The notes under the pieces were generated by a model. The model had not been told where the DNA came from and searched no databases. It saw only the letters and a list, made by a program, of their open reading frames with translations. Shown here one piece after another: positions 1 to 7,777 of a stretch of DNA of 39,985 nucleotides. The position numbers were made by a program, and so were the translations under genes. Position 1 is the stretch's first letter. Each line of letters opens with the position of its first letter. This stretch comes from a virus (lineage: Duplodnaviria; Caudoviricetes): positions 1 through 39,985 of IMG/VR virus record IMGVR_UViG_3300048592_000611. One strand, given 5' to 3'.

Positions 1-150
1 TTCTGTCCTCTGATTTGTAACACGTCCGGCCAGCACGTTCAATGATTTCCAAAAGGTTTTCAGGACAGGACAGGATTTCATACGAAGAATTTATTACTTT
101 CATCATTCAATTCCTTTCATCAATTCCAAATATACCATTGCCTTTTCAAT
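1..150. repeat. Left copy of 150-bp terminal direct repeat (probable circular-assembly overlap)
   Basis: 1-150 equals 39836-39985 except position 127 (C) vs 39962 (A); it joins the start of thyX to its upstream gene across the contig ends. Confidence 0.95.
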
Positions 151-324
151 ATCCCTTATAGCGTCTTTTCTAAAATCCTCCTTAAAGTTGTATCTGCAAA
201 GATATTTCATGGCATTACCTAAGCAAAAACCTTTGTACTGTTCCGGGGTCAACTTCGCTTTTATGATTGCAATGGTCTCAATCCCCCCGGCATCATAGTA
301 TTATGATTTTGCGTCTGTTGACAT
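103..324 (-). pseudogene. DUF3310 (SaV-like) domain gene with in-frame TAA at codon 8
   Basis: Manual translation MSTDAKS*YYDAGGIETIAIIKAKLTPEQYKGFCLGNAMKYLCRYNFK...DIEKAMVYLE; GNAxKYxxR and DxxKAxxY are typical of DUF3310; start overlaps upstream stop (TAATG), stop overlaps thyX start (ATGA). Confidence 0.75.
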
Positions 325-560
325 TAATGTATGGTCTCCATTTGGCATTCCGAAACATGATAAGCAAAAGTGCCGTCAGCAAGCAATACATCATTCCATT
401 CAATGCAATCCGGATCATTGCATAATGCACATTGTACCCATTCCGGGTCTGCAATGCACTCCCTGTTGCCAAGTGAGTCAATGATGGTTCCCATTATTCC
501 TGCAGACTGGAACCCTGCATTTTCACTTACAAAAATTCGGTCACCGATGTTATATTTCAT
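324..560 (-). CDS. Hypothetical protein (Cys-containing, small beta-barrel-like)
   Basis: 78-aa ORF coupled to both neighbours; MKYNIGDRIFV N-terminus. Confidence 0.7.
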   Translation of the reverse strand: MKYNIGDRIFVSENAGFQSAGIMGTIIDSLGNRECIADPEWVQCALCNDPDCIEWNDVLLADGTFAYHVSECQMETIH

Positions 561-742
561 GGTTTTATCACCACAGGCTTATAATTTTCAACAGATTCAA
601 TTAAAGGCATGGTTTCAAACGTCCCGGCATTCTGTCCGTCAATGCTTATAATATCTGTAAAATGGGGTGTTGTGCGGACAATCCTGAATATTTTACCGAA
701 TTTCGGATAAATATCTGTTTTTATTATATCGCCTTTTTGCAT
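557..742 (-). CDS. Hypothetical protein
   Basis: ORF 557..763; ATG at 742 follows AGGGG RBS; stop overlaps next start. Confidence 0.6.
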   Translation of the reverse strand: MQKGDIIKTDIYPKFGKIFRIVRTTPHFTDIISIDGQNAGTFETMPLIESVENYKPVVIKP

Positions 743-777
743 TGTCCCCCTTTTTAATCCCATCGAATTCGATGGAA

Positions 778-972
778 TTAAATGTATGCGTCCAGTGTCT
801 CATCTTCTGCTGCTAAAATAAGTTCATTGAGGTCATCCCGCAGCCTTTTTATTCTGGATAATGACATACAATGTTCTGTTTTATCCAAATAAAAATAACA
901 TTCTATGTCATCATCAGTAATCCGGTATGCAGTTTTAAACCAGTTGGATTGTTTTATTTTATCTGTTGGCAT
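778..972 (-). CDS. Hypothetical protein
   Basis: C-terminal part of track ORF 778..1110; ATG at 972 preceded by AGGAG. Confidence 0.6.
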   Translation of the reverse strand: MPTDKIKQSNWFKTAYRITDDDIECYFYLDKTEHCMSLSRIKRLRDDLNELILAAEDETLDAYI

Positions 973-1000
973 ATTTTTTTTCTCCTGTATTCCTTTTGAA

Positions 1001-1307
1001 TTATCAGAGGCAGGAACGGCTGGAGTATGCGCCCCGTTTCTCAAGCTTCCTCGGGCATTTGATTCTGTCCTTACGGTACTGGGCTGTTCCCGCTGCCTCA
1101 CAGCGGTCATTCACACTGCTATTGGCATTTCTCCCGCCATCATTCACTGCCGGGCGCATACTTTATCAGAGGCAGGAACTGCTTCTGAAATCTCTCATAT
1201 AAACACTGAAAAATCTGTTGGGAATGGGGTGTCAGGACTATCCTGATCCCCGGTTTTTGCCGCTCCTGCCCCTGATAATACAGTTGTCAAGGATTCCTTT
1301 ACAACTG
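1001..1307 (-). ncRNA. Candidate structured non-coding element
   Basis: 17-bp direct repeat TTATCAGAGGCAGGAAC at 1001 and 1163, near-complement at 1263-1278, 11-bp inverted repeat 1024-1034/1152-1162, hairpins 1226-1250 and 1281-1307. Confidence 0.35.
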
Positions 1308-1320
1308 CGGCTTGAACATT

Positions 1321-1424
1321 TTCCGCTAACATAGAAGATAACCGGCTTGCGGATGGGCCGGAGATTATCGACCTGAAAAAGAGCGAACCCCCGCAAGTCC
1401 GGTTGATCTCCGGGTTATGATGCC
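1321..1424 (-). mobile_element. attC-like integron recombination site 3
   Basis: Minus strand GGCATCATAAC-CCGGAG-ATCAACCGGA...GCCGGTTA-TCTTCTAT-GTTAGCG; stop codon of upstream gene lies in the R'' box. Confidence 0.8.
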
Positions 1425-1672
1425 TTTATTCCGGTAGATTCTGGCCATACAGCACTTACATTCGGGACACAATAATCAAACATAAAATCATCACGCTCGC
1501 TGCTGATACCGAATTTTTTCAGAGTTTCTGGCAAATTAACCGGACAAAGGCAACACTCATCTTCTATATATTTTTCGTCGCGATAAAAAACAAATTCTTT
1601 TGAGCCAAGATATTCCGCAAGTTCTCCCATTGTTTCAATGTCTCTTTCAGCCAACTTAACGACCGTGCACAT
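1415..1672 (-). CDS. Hypothetical cassette protein (CCLCPV motif)
   Basis: 85-aa ORF with GGAGG RBS, fills the space between two attC-like sites. Confidence 0.75.
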   Translation of the reverse strand: MCTVVKLAERDIETMGELAEYLGSKEFVFYRDEKYIEDECCLCPVNLPETLKKFGISSERDDFMFDYCVPNVSAVWPESTGIKAS

Positions 1673-1692
1673 ATTTTCACCTCCGATTCTTA

Positions 1693-1781
1693 GGCATTAT
1701 AACAGTAAGGTCAGCGGCTGGAAGGGGCAGCCGCTGACTGGTTTTCGACCAAAAGTCCGCTGCACCGATGGGTTATGTGGC
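1693..1781 (-). mobile_element. attC-like integron recombination site 2
   Basis: Minus strand GCCACATAAC-CCATCG-GTGCAGCGGA...GCCGCTGA-CCTTACT-GTTATAATGCC; R''-L''...L'-R' layout. Confidence 0.8.
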
Positions 1782-1787
1782 TACGCA

Positions 1788-1991
1788 CTATGCACGGGCG
1801 ATAGCCGCATTCGCCCACATTACGGCAGTTTCGATATGAGTAAATGCTACAGACTGCTCTCTTGATACAGGACATTCCGCCATAATAAGCTCTGCCAGCT
1901 CTTTTGCCTTAGCCCTGATAGCCTCATACTTCGCTGTTTGCCCATCTTTCGGAGCATGATACTTATAGATATGATCTAAATCCAATGCCAT
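1788..1991 (-). CDS. Acb2/Tad1-hairpin domain protein (putative signalling-nucleotide sponge, anti-defence)
   Basis: YHAPKDGQ..KYEAIRAKAKELA...CP.SRE.S.A.T.IE.AVMWANAAIAR pattern matches this phage family as I know it; AGGAGG RBS before ATG 1991. Confidence 0.7.
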   Translation of the reverse strand: MALDLDHIYKYHAPKDGQTAKYEAIRAKAKELAELIMAECPVSREQSVAFTHIETAVMWANAAIARA

Positions 1992-2019
1992 ACGACACAC
2001 CTCCTTTCATAATTTATTT

Positions 2020-2086
2020 GCCACATAACATAGAGTTAACGGTTGCGGGTTTTCCCGCAATCCGCTTGAACGACTGGTTATGTGGC
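2020..2086 (-). mobile_element. attC-like integron recombination site 1
   Basis: Minus strand GCCACATAAC-CAGTCG-TTCAAGCGGA...CCGTTAA-CTCTAT-GTTATGTGGC, close to classical aadA-type attC (TAAC-AATTCG-TTCAAGC...GCTTAA-CTC..GTTA). Confidence 0.85.
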
Positions 2087-2089
2087 CAG

Positions 2090-2437
2090 CTACTTCCGCC
2101 CCCCATACTCAAGACTGTAATGATTCCCGTCCTGAAATCTGCCTCCCCACCTTGCATCCGGCGCCAGCCCCTCCCAGAATTCCCCAAGCGGCTTATGGTC
2201 TTCTGTCTTCTGCAGCCATACCCCTCCCTGAAAAAGATTCAAATCGATTGCCAGCCGAACCTTATGCAGACTGTGGCTTTTTCCTGCTTTGCAGTTTTCG
2301 CACCGGAACGCATGCCCGAAGGTCAATTCATAATTCTGTGCAAAAGCAAACTGCAGCAGATCACTCACCATCCGCACAAACCTGCTCTGCTTCTCCCGCA
2401 GGCTTTCCCTTTCTTTGGGGCCATATTTGTATATCAT
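2090..2437 (-). CDS. Endolysin, peptidase M15 family
   Basis: SLH-x3-LAID and WGGRF-x-DGNHYS zinc-peptidase motifs. Confidence 0.9.
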   Translation of the reverse strand: MIYKYGPKERESLREKQSRFVRMVSDLLQFAFAQNYELTFGHAFRCENCKAGKSHSLHKVRLAIDLNLFQGGVWLQKTEDHKPLGEFWEGLAPDARWGGRFQDGNHYSLEYGGRK

Positions 2438-2706
2438 TTCTGCAATCCTTTTCCATAGACAGCGTACACAATGCCGTCACGTGCATAAAAGATTCTGTCA
2501 GGATATTCAATCAGTTCAATTCCGTCCATATCTCTGGGTGAGTAATGCTTTTCCGGCAATCCAGCTTTTGCAATCAGCACGTCAACGGCCATCCCTATTG
2601 CAATTCCTGCAATCTCCTTAACTGCATTCCGCTGTGCTGCTGTCATATCTGCACAGCCTGAAATTATCATGCAGAGACTTATCAGTATCATGATCATTTT
2701 CCTCAT
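2434..2706 (-). CDS. Lipoprotein (possible spanin-like lysis accessory)
   Basis: Signal peptide with lipobox ISG|C; directly upstream of endolysin. Confidence 0.6.
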   Translation of the reverse strand: MRKMIMILISLCMIISGCADMTAAQRNAVKEIAGIAIGMAVDVLIAKAGLPEKHYSPRDMDGIELIEYPDRIFYARDGIVYAVYGKGLQK

Positions 2707-4091
2707 ATGTTTTTACCCTTATAATCCTCAGATACCGCAGGTTCTTCAACGTTTTCCGCTTCTGTCTCAGGGTCAATTTCATAGCCCATCCCGGAAAGCG
2801 CTCCTGCAAATATCCGTGCTGCTGTTTCATTCCGTATCCAGCCCCGGTCAACACCCACTACAAGCGAAGACGCTATTTTGCTTACCGATTCCGCAATCTT
2901 GGATTCATCTTTTTTCGTTACAGCCTGCATTTCCACTGTTAATTCATAATCTTTTTTCGGAATTGTCCCTGCCAGCACAGATTGATCCAGAACAAACTGC
3001 AAAATTTCCGTCAAAATATCCCTTATCGTTTCCTGCCGGGATGCAAGGTTTTTGAAAGTCGGCTCGCCCATCAGATCCGCCTCAGTCTGATAGGCTTTCC
3101 CTCCGCTCCCAAACCAACTATCCGGTCGGTTCATGCCGGCAGAAATATATGTCCGCATCAGATTGAAAAACGCCTGCGTGTCTGCATTTTGCATATTCGG
3201 TGCGACAGCATTCCATTCCACCTGCTCATTGTGCGCTCTCAGGCTGCCAGGTTTCGGATTTTTGTTTGATTCTGTGAAATCAGTAAGCGTGGCGGCATCC
3301 GCACCGATAACTTTCACGTCCCAGACAAAGGATTTCATCAACTTTAATCTGTCAAGTTCATCAAAAAGCCCGTGCTCAAATCCGTCAATGAAATCAAAAA
3401 GATGAATTAAATCAGAACGGCCACGCTTTGCATTCGGCAGATTGTTCAGAGACCAGAAGAAAATCTCCCCGCTCAGCATTCCGAAACCCGGTTTTTTGGG
3501 ATCAGCCTGCTTTTTCACGGCCTCAAACCGCCTGCCCTGAACACTGTCCGCCAGAATTACAGCATCCACAATTTCCGGTAACCCCGGCACTGTAATAATA
3601 TCAGTGATGTTTGCCGGGTCAGCATAGGTCAGAGTCACGGAACCATCAGCAGGATTAACAATAACAGGAAGGCACAATTCGCCGAGCAGAAAAAAGGAAA
3701 TCAGCCGCTTTTCCAGCCGTTGATCCATTTTATTTTCTTTCCAGAATTTCCACAGGATTTCATACGCATTCCCGGATTCATCATTTTCCAGTTTCCACTC
3801 ACATCTGCCCGACCAGACAAAATCTTTGGTATCATGCATATACCGCTTTACCAGCCCACTGGTATCATACAGATATGCGGCCATCTCAATCATATGCGAC
3901 TGAGACACCGGCATCAGATCCCGAATAAACAAATCATCTTTTCCAAGCCCTGAAATCCGCCTGAACCCCTTATTTTTCGGATCCCAGGCTACGGCCTGCG
4001 CCGTGCGGTTCCCATCAGGTTTTCGTCTCAAATCTAAATTAGCTATGTATCCAGTTTCCATTTTTATATCACTCTTTATGCTGATGCCCAT
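2703..4091 (-). CDS. Portal protein
   Basis: ~460 aa immediately downstream of TerL; RGRSDL motif; start 4091 or 4061. Confidence 0.85.
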   Translation of the reverse strand: MGISIKSDIKMETGYIANLDLRRKPDGNRTAQAVAWDPKNKGFRRISGLGKDDLFIRDLMPVSQSHMIEMAAYLYDTSGLVKRYMHDTKDFVWSGRCEWKLENDESGNAYEILWKFWKENKMDQRLEKRLISFFLLGELCLPVIVNPADGSVTLTYADPANITDIITVPGLPEIVDAVILADSVQGRRFEAVKKQADPKKPGFGMLSGEIFFWSLNNLPNAKRGRSDLIHLFDFIDGFEHGLFDELDRLKLMKSFVWDVKVIGADAATLTDFTESNKNPKPGSLRAHNEQVEWNAVAPNMQNADTQAFFNLMRTYISAGMNRPDSWFGSGGKAYQTEADLMGEPTFKNLASRQETIRDILTEILQFVLDQSVLAGTIPKKDYELTVEMQAVTKKDESKIAESVSKIASSLVVGVDRGWIRNETAARIFAGALSGMGYEIDPETEAENVEEPAVSEDYKGKNI

Positions 4092-5257
4092 ACCGCTGCG
4101 CCGCCCCTGAATTTTGAAAAAACTGGATAGCGAAGGGCGTCTGGGCAATGGTCGTTTGTCTTAAGAGGCTTGTCTTCCCCACGCTTCTGAGCGTTTGGAT
4201 CCCATGAATAAGTATGCAATTCTTTTCTTAAATTTACAAGGGCATTGTGAATTGAAATATGATTTGCAGCGAACTTTTTTGATACTGTCATAATGCCGGG
4301 CAACACATCGTTAATGGCATCAGTGACATTGAATCCAGCCCGTATCAATTCAAGTTTAAAACTTGCCGCAGACGGGTCTATATATGTGATTTCCGGTCTG
4401 ATTTCTGATGTAAATTTGATGAAATCATCCTTATATTGTGTATCTGTTTTTTGCCGTCCGACTGCATTTGAATCATAATAATATTCTTTAACCACGCCTA
4501 TATCTGTATCAGAATTGTATCCCAACAGCAGAAAAACACAAGGATTATTTGTGCCGTAATCAATTCCTGCAATGTAATGCTGATATTTTTTTCCAGACAG
4601 ATCAACAAAATGCGAATCGTTGACCATATCATAGATCAGCCCTTCCGCAAGCACCCATTGACCGAAAATATACCGCTGTTTCCATACTCCTGTATATTCT
4701 TTTTCCAGAGCTGATATATATTCAGGCGGAAGTGACTCATTATCATGAATATCAAAATGAAATGTTTTTGCAATTCCGGCATCAATATAATCCCTTTTTA
4801 ACCAGTGAAATGGAGAATCAGGATTGCATGAAACAAACAATTTTGCATTAGGAACAGACAGCCGTGATAACAGCATCTTGAAAAACGACTCCGGCCACAG
4901 AGTAACCTCATCACCGATTGCCCATCCCAGGGTATCGCCCTGAATTTTGTTCCGGGAGGATTCATCATTCGCTCCAACACCACGAACCTTGTGCCCGCCT
5001 ATATTGATCCGCCGTCCGGAATCCTTATATGATATTGCATCAGGACAAAGTGCAACAAGCGGGTCAAGAATATTTTCCCTAAGAGTTTCAAGTGTTTTGG
5101 CTATGATTGCGCCCTTGTGCTTCCCGAATTCATCCGCAAGAAACATAGACAGAAATCCCAAAACAAATGTTTTTCCGCTTCTGACACTGCCCTCCAGAAT
5201 ATTGATTCTGCTGTAATCAGATTGCAGAAACTCAATCTGTTTTCTGTGCAATGCCAT
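4076..5257 (-). CDS. terL: Terminase large subunit (PBSX-like)
   Basis: GSVRSGKT Walker A, GDE Walker B, CNP motif, IDYG nuclease motif, DHCPDALRY. Confidence 0.95.
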   Translation of the reverse strand: MALHRKQIEFLQSDYSRINILEGSVRSGKTFVLGFLSMFLADEFGKHKGAIIAKTLETLRENILDPLVALCPDAISYKDSGRRINIGGHKVRGVGANDESSRNKIQGDTLGWAIGDEVTLWPESFFKMLLSRLSVPNAKLFVSCNPDSPFHWLKRDYIDAGIAKTFHFDIHDNESLPPEYISALEKEYTGVWKQRYIFGQWVLAEGLIYDMVNDSHFVDLSGKKYQHYIAGIDYGTNNPCVFLLLGYNSDTDIGVVKEYYYDSNAVGRQKTDTQYKDDFIKFTSEIRPEITYIDPSAASFKLELIRAGFNVTDAINDVLPGIMTVSKKFAANHISIHNALVNLRKELHTYSWDPNAQKRGEDKPLKTNDHCPDALRYPVFSKFRGGAAVWASA

Positions 5258-5615
5258 TGGTATCGCCCCTCAGCATTCGTATCGCATCCGCTATATTTTT
5301 CACGGAGTTGTTTTCAGGGATTTCATCAGGATTGTCCCTCATTCCCAAAAAGTTTTTCGCATAAAAGATATGCACGGAAGGATTTTCATGTGCCATTTTG
5401 AAGCCGCGACGCCGCAGTGAAGTCTTGCCAAAACTTCTTTTTTCTTTAAAAATTTGGGAAAATTTCTTATTATAAGTTTTTATACACCATTTTTGCAGTG
5501 TTTTTTCATCAACTCCAAACTGCCCGCAGATCTCCGCCTCCGTGCATTGCACACTGCAAAGCAGTTCAAACTCCCGCAGGTCAATCTGCTTATTTTTCGG
5601 CCCCCGTTTTGCCAT
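5232..5615 (-). CDS. terS: Terminase small subunit
   Basis: N-terminal HTH, IFYAKNFLG motif, directly upstream of TerL. Confidence 0.8.
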   Translation of the reverse strand: MAKRGPKNKQIDLREFELLCSVQCTEAEICGQFGVDEKTLQKWCIKTYNKKFSQIFKEKRSFGKTSLRRRGFKMAHENPSVHIFYAKNFLGMRDNPDEIPENNSVKNIADAIRMLRGDTNGIAQKTD

Positions 5616-5681
5616 TACTCAAGTCTCTCAATCTTTATGATACCCCTGTACAGATACGAATACAGGGGAGTTATCCTATTT

Positions 5682-5780
5682 CTATTTCCGTGCAGCTTTG
5701 ATAGCCTTTACAGCACCTGGGTTTTTCTTGCCGCTCACAAACTTCCCCGATTTTGACCATGCACCGCCTGCGCTTGCCAT
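5682..5780 (-). CDS. Small Gly/Lys-rich peptide (32 aa)
   Basis: MASAGGAWSKSGKFVSGKKNPGAVKAIKAARK*; GGAGG RBS inside end of radical SAM gene; hairpin 5643-5668 follows. Confidence 0.55.
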   Translation of the reverse strand: MASAGGAWSKSGKFVSGKKNPGAVKAIKAARK

Positions 5781-5781
5781 A

Positions 5782-6966
5782 TCAATCACCTCCTTTATAC
5801 CATGATATTTCATCAGGAGTTTTTGTTATTGTTTCATCATTCAAATAATCATAAACAAGGATTAATGATCTGTTATCATCCATTTCGGGCTTATACGTTT
5901 CATTGTTTTCAACCAATACAAAAATGTTATCGTGCCTGAATACCGTAGGATAATTGACAGGATCAAATAATATATCCAAAAATTCAGGCATATTCCTGAC
6001 TTGAAAAGAATTGTCCTTTTTAACATTCCTTAAAGTTCTTCCAAAGCTGGAATGATATTTATAAAAAACCTGATAAAACGGCAATTTTAAAAACGCATTA
6101 AAATCAGACACAGTAAACGCTATAGGCATCCCCGTTTTAACATTTTGTTTGTGCAAAATTGAAAACCACTCATCAAGAGTAGGAAACCATTTGAATAATT
6201 TAAAATATTCATCCCAAAAACCTAATTTTAATGAAGTTGCACCCGAAAAACAGTTTATCCCCTGATTGTCTATATAATTAATATAATAATCATAGACTCT
6301 CTGATATGGTTTCTCTTTTAAACATCCTAATGATAATAACTCTTTATATTTCTGAAAATGCTGTTGCGTATAAGTCTTTTTGTTTATGTGTAAATTCCCA
6401 TGCCATATATGTTTTATGCCTATTCTGTTCAATTCTCCGATAAATGATTCAATATCAATCCACCACTCAGGAATGAAAGGATTTAACCCTATTACAACAA
6501 AATGCCGTTTTGCTATATGTTCAATAGCTTCAATCCGTTCCTGGAAGAACGGTGTATTAACTTCATATTGTTTTATTATTTTATCATTGTCCGAAGTCAC
6601 TGTGAAATAAACAAAAGTTGGCGGTTCCTTATCCAAAGTTTCAATACATTTTTTGCCGCCTTTTGTCTGATAACATATCCTAATCCCGTGTTCATCAAGC
6701 ATATCCTTCATCTGAAAAAAAACATCATCAACACCGGGCGCAAATGGATCAGACGCATTTGACACACAGACAGGATATTTTTCTTTGAGTAATTGCGCTA
6801 ACCAGCTATTATTTTTATCCGAATTGTTTAATTGATTTTTAAAATAATTGAAGTCTGTTTTTTTATCCCCCACAAAACAATAGGAGCATTTATAACTGCA
6901 TTTTGGCAGGATTAAATGAAGCGGAACAGGATTGACTAAAAATTCTCCAAAATATGGTGAAATCAT
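5782..6966 (-). CDS. Radical SAM protein (spore photoproduct lyase-like branch)
   Basis: CSYKCSYC (CxxxCxxC), SDPF and QTK motifs; visibly AT-rich relative to flanks. Confidence 0.85.
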   Translation of the reverse strand: MISPYFGEFLVNPVPLHLILPKCSYKCSYCFVGDKKTDFNYFKNQLNNSDKNNSWLAQLLKEKYPVCVSNASDPFAPGVDDVFFQMKDMLDEHGIRICYQTKGGKKCIETLDKEPPTFVYFTVTSDNDKIIKQYEVNTPFFQERIEAIEHIAKRHFVVIGLNPFIPEWWIDIESFIGELNRIGIKHIWHGNLHINKKTYTQQHFQKYKELLSLGCLKEKPYQRVYDYYINYIDNQGINCFSGATSLKLGFWDEYFKLFKWFPTLDEWFSILHKQNVKTGMPIAFTVSDFNAFLKLPFYQVFYKYHSSFGRTLRNVKKDNSFQVRNMPEFLDILFDPVNYPTVFRHDNIFVLVENNETYKPEMDDNRSLILVYDYLNDETITKTPDEISWYKGGD

Positions 6967-7547
6967 ATTAGAACCTCCATTGCTTTTTTAAAAAAATCAA
7001 TATCCGAACTGATGTTATGTTTTTTCTTTATCTGTTTAAAAAGGTTATATTCTTCTCGTGTAAGCAAGAAATATACAGGAATTTTTTTTGAGTTGTTTTC
7101 TGGTTGTTCATCAACTTCTATTTGATTTTCTTCATTGATCGGGCTATCAAAATCATCAAAAACATTATCCAAACCTGCCAAGAAGTCAACTGTTATGCCT
7201 GGCACTTCTTCCAAAGGATTGTCAAAATCGTTCAGAAGCTCAAGCAAAAGTTCATTGTCCGGCTCTGCCATTTCCGCTGTTTTGTTGTCTGCTATCAGAA
7301 GTGCCTTTGCCTGTTTTTTTGTCAGGTGTGAAACGTCAACAGCCTGAATTTCATCCCACTGTAGCGCACGTGCTGCCGCCACAAGGCCGTTTCCGCAGAC
7401 AACCTTATCCTTCCATACCACAACGTTTTTTATCTGTTCAAAGTCGTTTAAACTTCTTTTCAGGTGTTCAATCTGCGTCTCCGGGTGTCTGTTATAGTTC
7501 CCGTCAAATTCAGTCAGATCCTCAAGTTTAAAAGTTTTTATATTCAT
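6963..7547 (-). CDS. ParB/Srx N-terminal domain protein with possible C-terminal RHH
   Basis: N.N.HP..QI..L..SL..F, VCGNG..AA, IADNK..E motifs; acidic linker; C-terminal strand-helix-helix. Confidence 0.8.
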   Translation of the reverse strand: MNIKTFKLEDLTEFDGNYNRHPETQIEHLKRSLNDFEQIKNVVVWKDKVVCGNGLVAAARALQWDEIQAVDVSHLTKKQAKALLIADNKTAEMAEPDNELLLELLNDFDNPLEEVPGITVDFLAGLDNVFDDFDSPINEENQIEVDEQPENNSKKIPVYFLLTREEYNLFKQIKKKHNISSDIDFFKKAMEVLI

Positions 7548-7735
7548 CTGATTTTTGCCTTTGCAAGTTTTCTTTTTGCGTTTTCTGCTTTTCTGATATT
7601 TTTGATTTCTGCTCTTTTCTGAATTGCCTGAATAGCCAGTTGTTTTGCTGATTCGTTGTCAATTGCTGTTATTTCTGTGATTTTGAATCAGTTCCCCAAA
7701 GGATATGGGTCTGTCATAACCGTGTAAGAATACAT
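7544..7735 (-). pseudogene. Small basic ORF interrupted by in-frame TGA (7688-7690)
   Basis: MYSYTVMTDPYPLGN*FKITEITAIDNESAKQLAIQAIQKRAE...KIR*; terminal stop overlaps ParB-N start (ATGA). Confidence 0.35.
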
Positions 7736-7749
7736 ATAAAATCCTGAAT

Positions 7750-7765
7750 TGTTCCACGTGGAACA
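7750..7765. promoter_or_regulatory. parS: parS site 1
   Basis: Perfect palindrome TGTTCCACGTGGAACA matching the bacterial chromosomal parS consensus. Confidence 0.85.
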
Positions 7766-7777
7766 TTGGTTTTTGGC

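Noticed and set aside
1-150. Biological terminal repeat of the virion DNA
   Set aside because: Exactly 150 bp, cuts through coding sequence, and PBSX-like terminases are usually headful packagers; more likely an assembly overlap.
973-1110. N-terminal extension of ORF 778..1110
   Set aside because: A good RBS precedes ATG 972, and the extension overlaps the repeat/stem element.
2090-2706. Endolysin gene as an intact cassette belonging to attC-like site 1
   Set aside because: No matching GTTATGTGGC-like R' box found upstream of the endolysin or lipoprotein genes.
301-7690. Stop-codon reassignment suggested by two in-frame stops
   Set aside because: The two stops differ (TAA, TGA), and all large genes are intact in code 11 and end in TAA, TGA or TAG.
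6963-7765. Complete phage-encoded ParABS system
   Set aside because: No ParA ATPase, and the ParB-like protein resembles terminase-adjacent ParB-N proteins without the parS-binding HTH.
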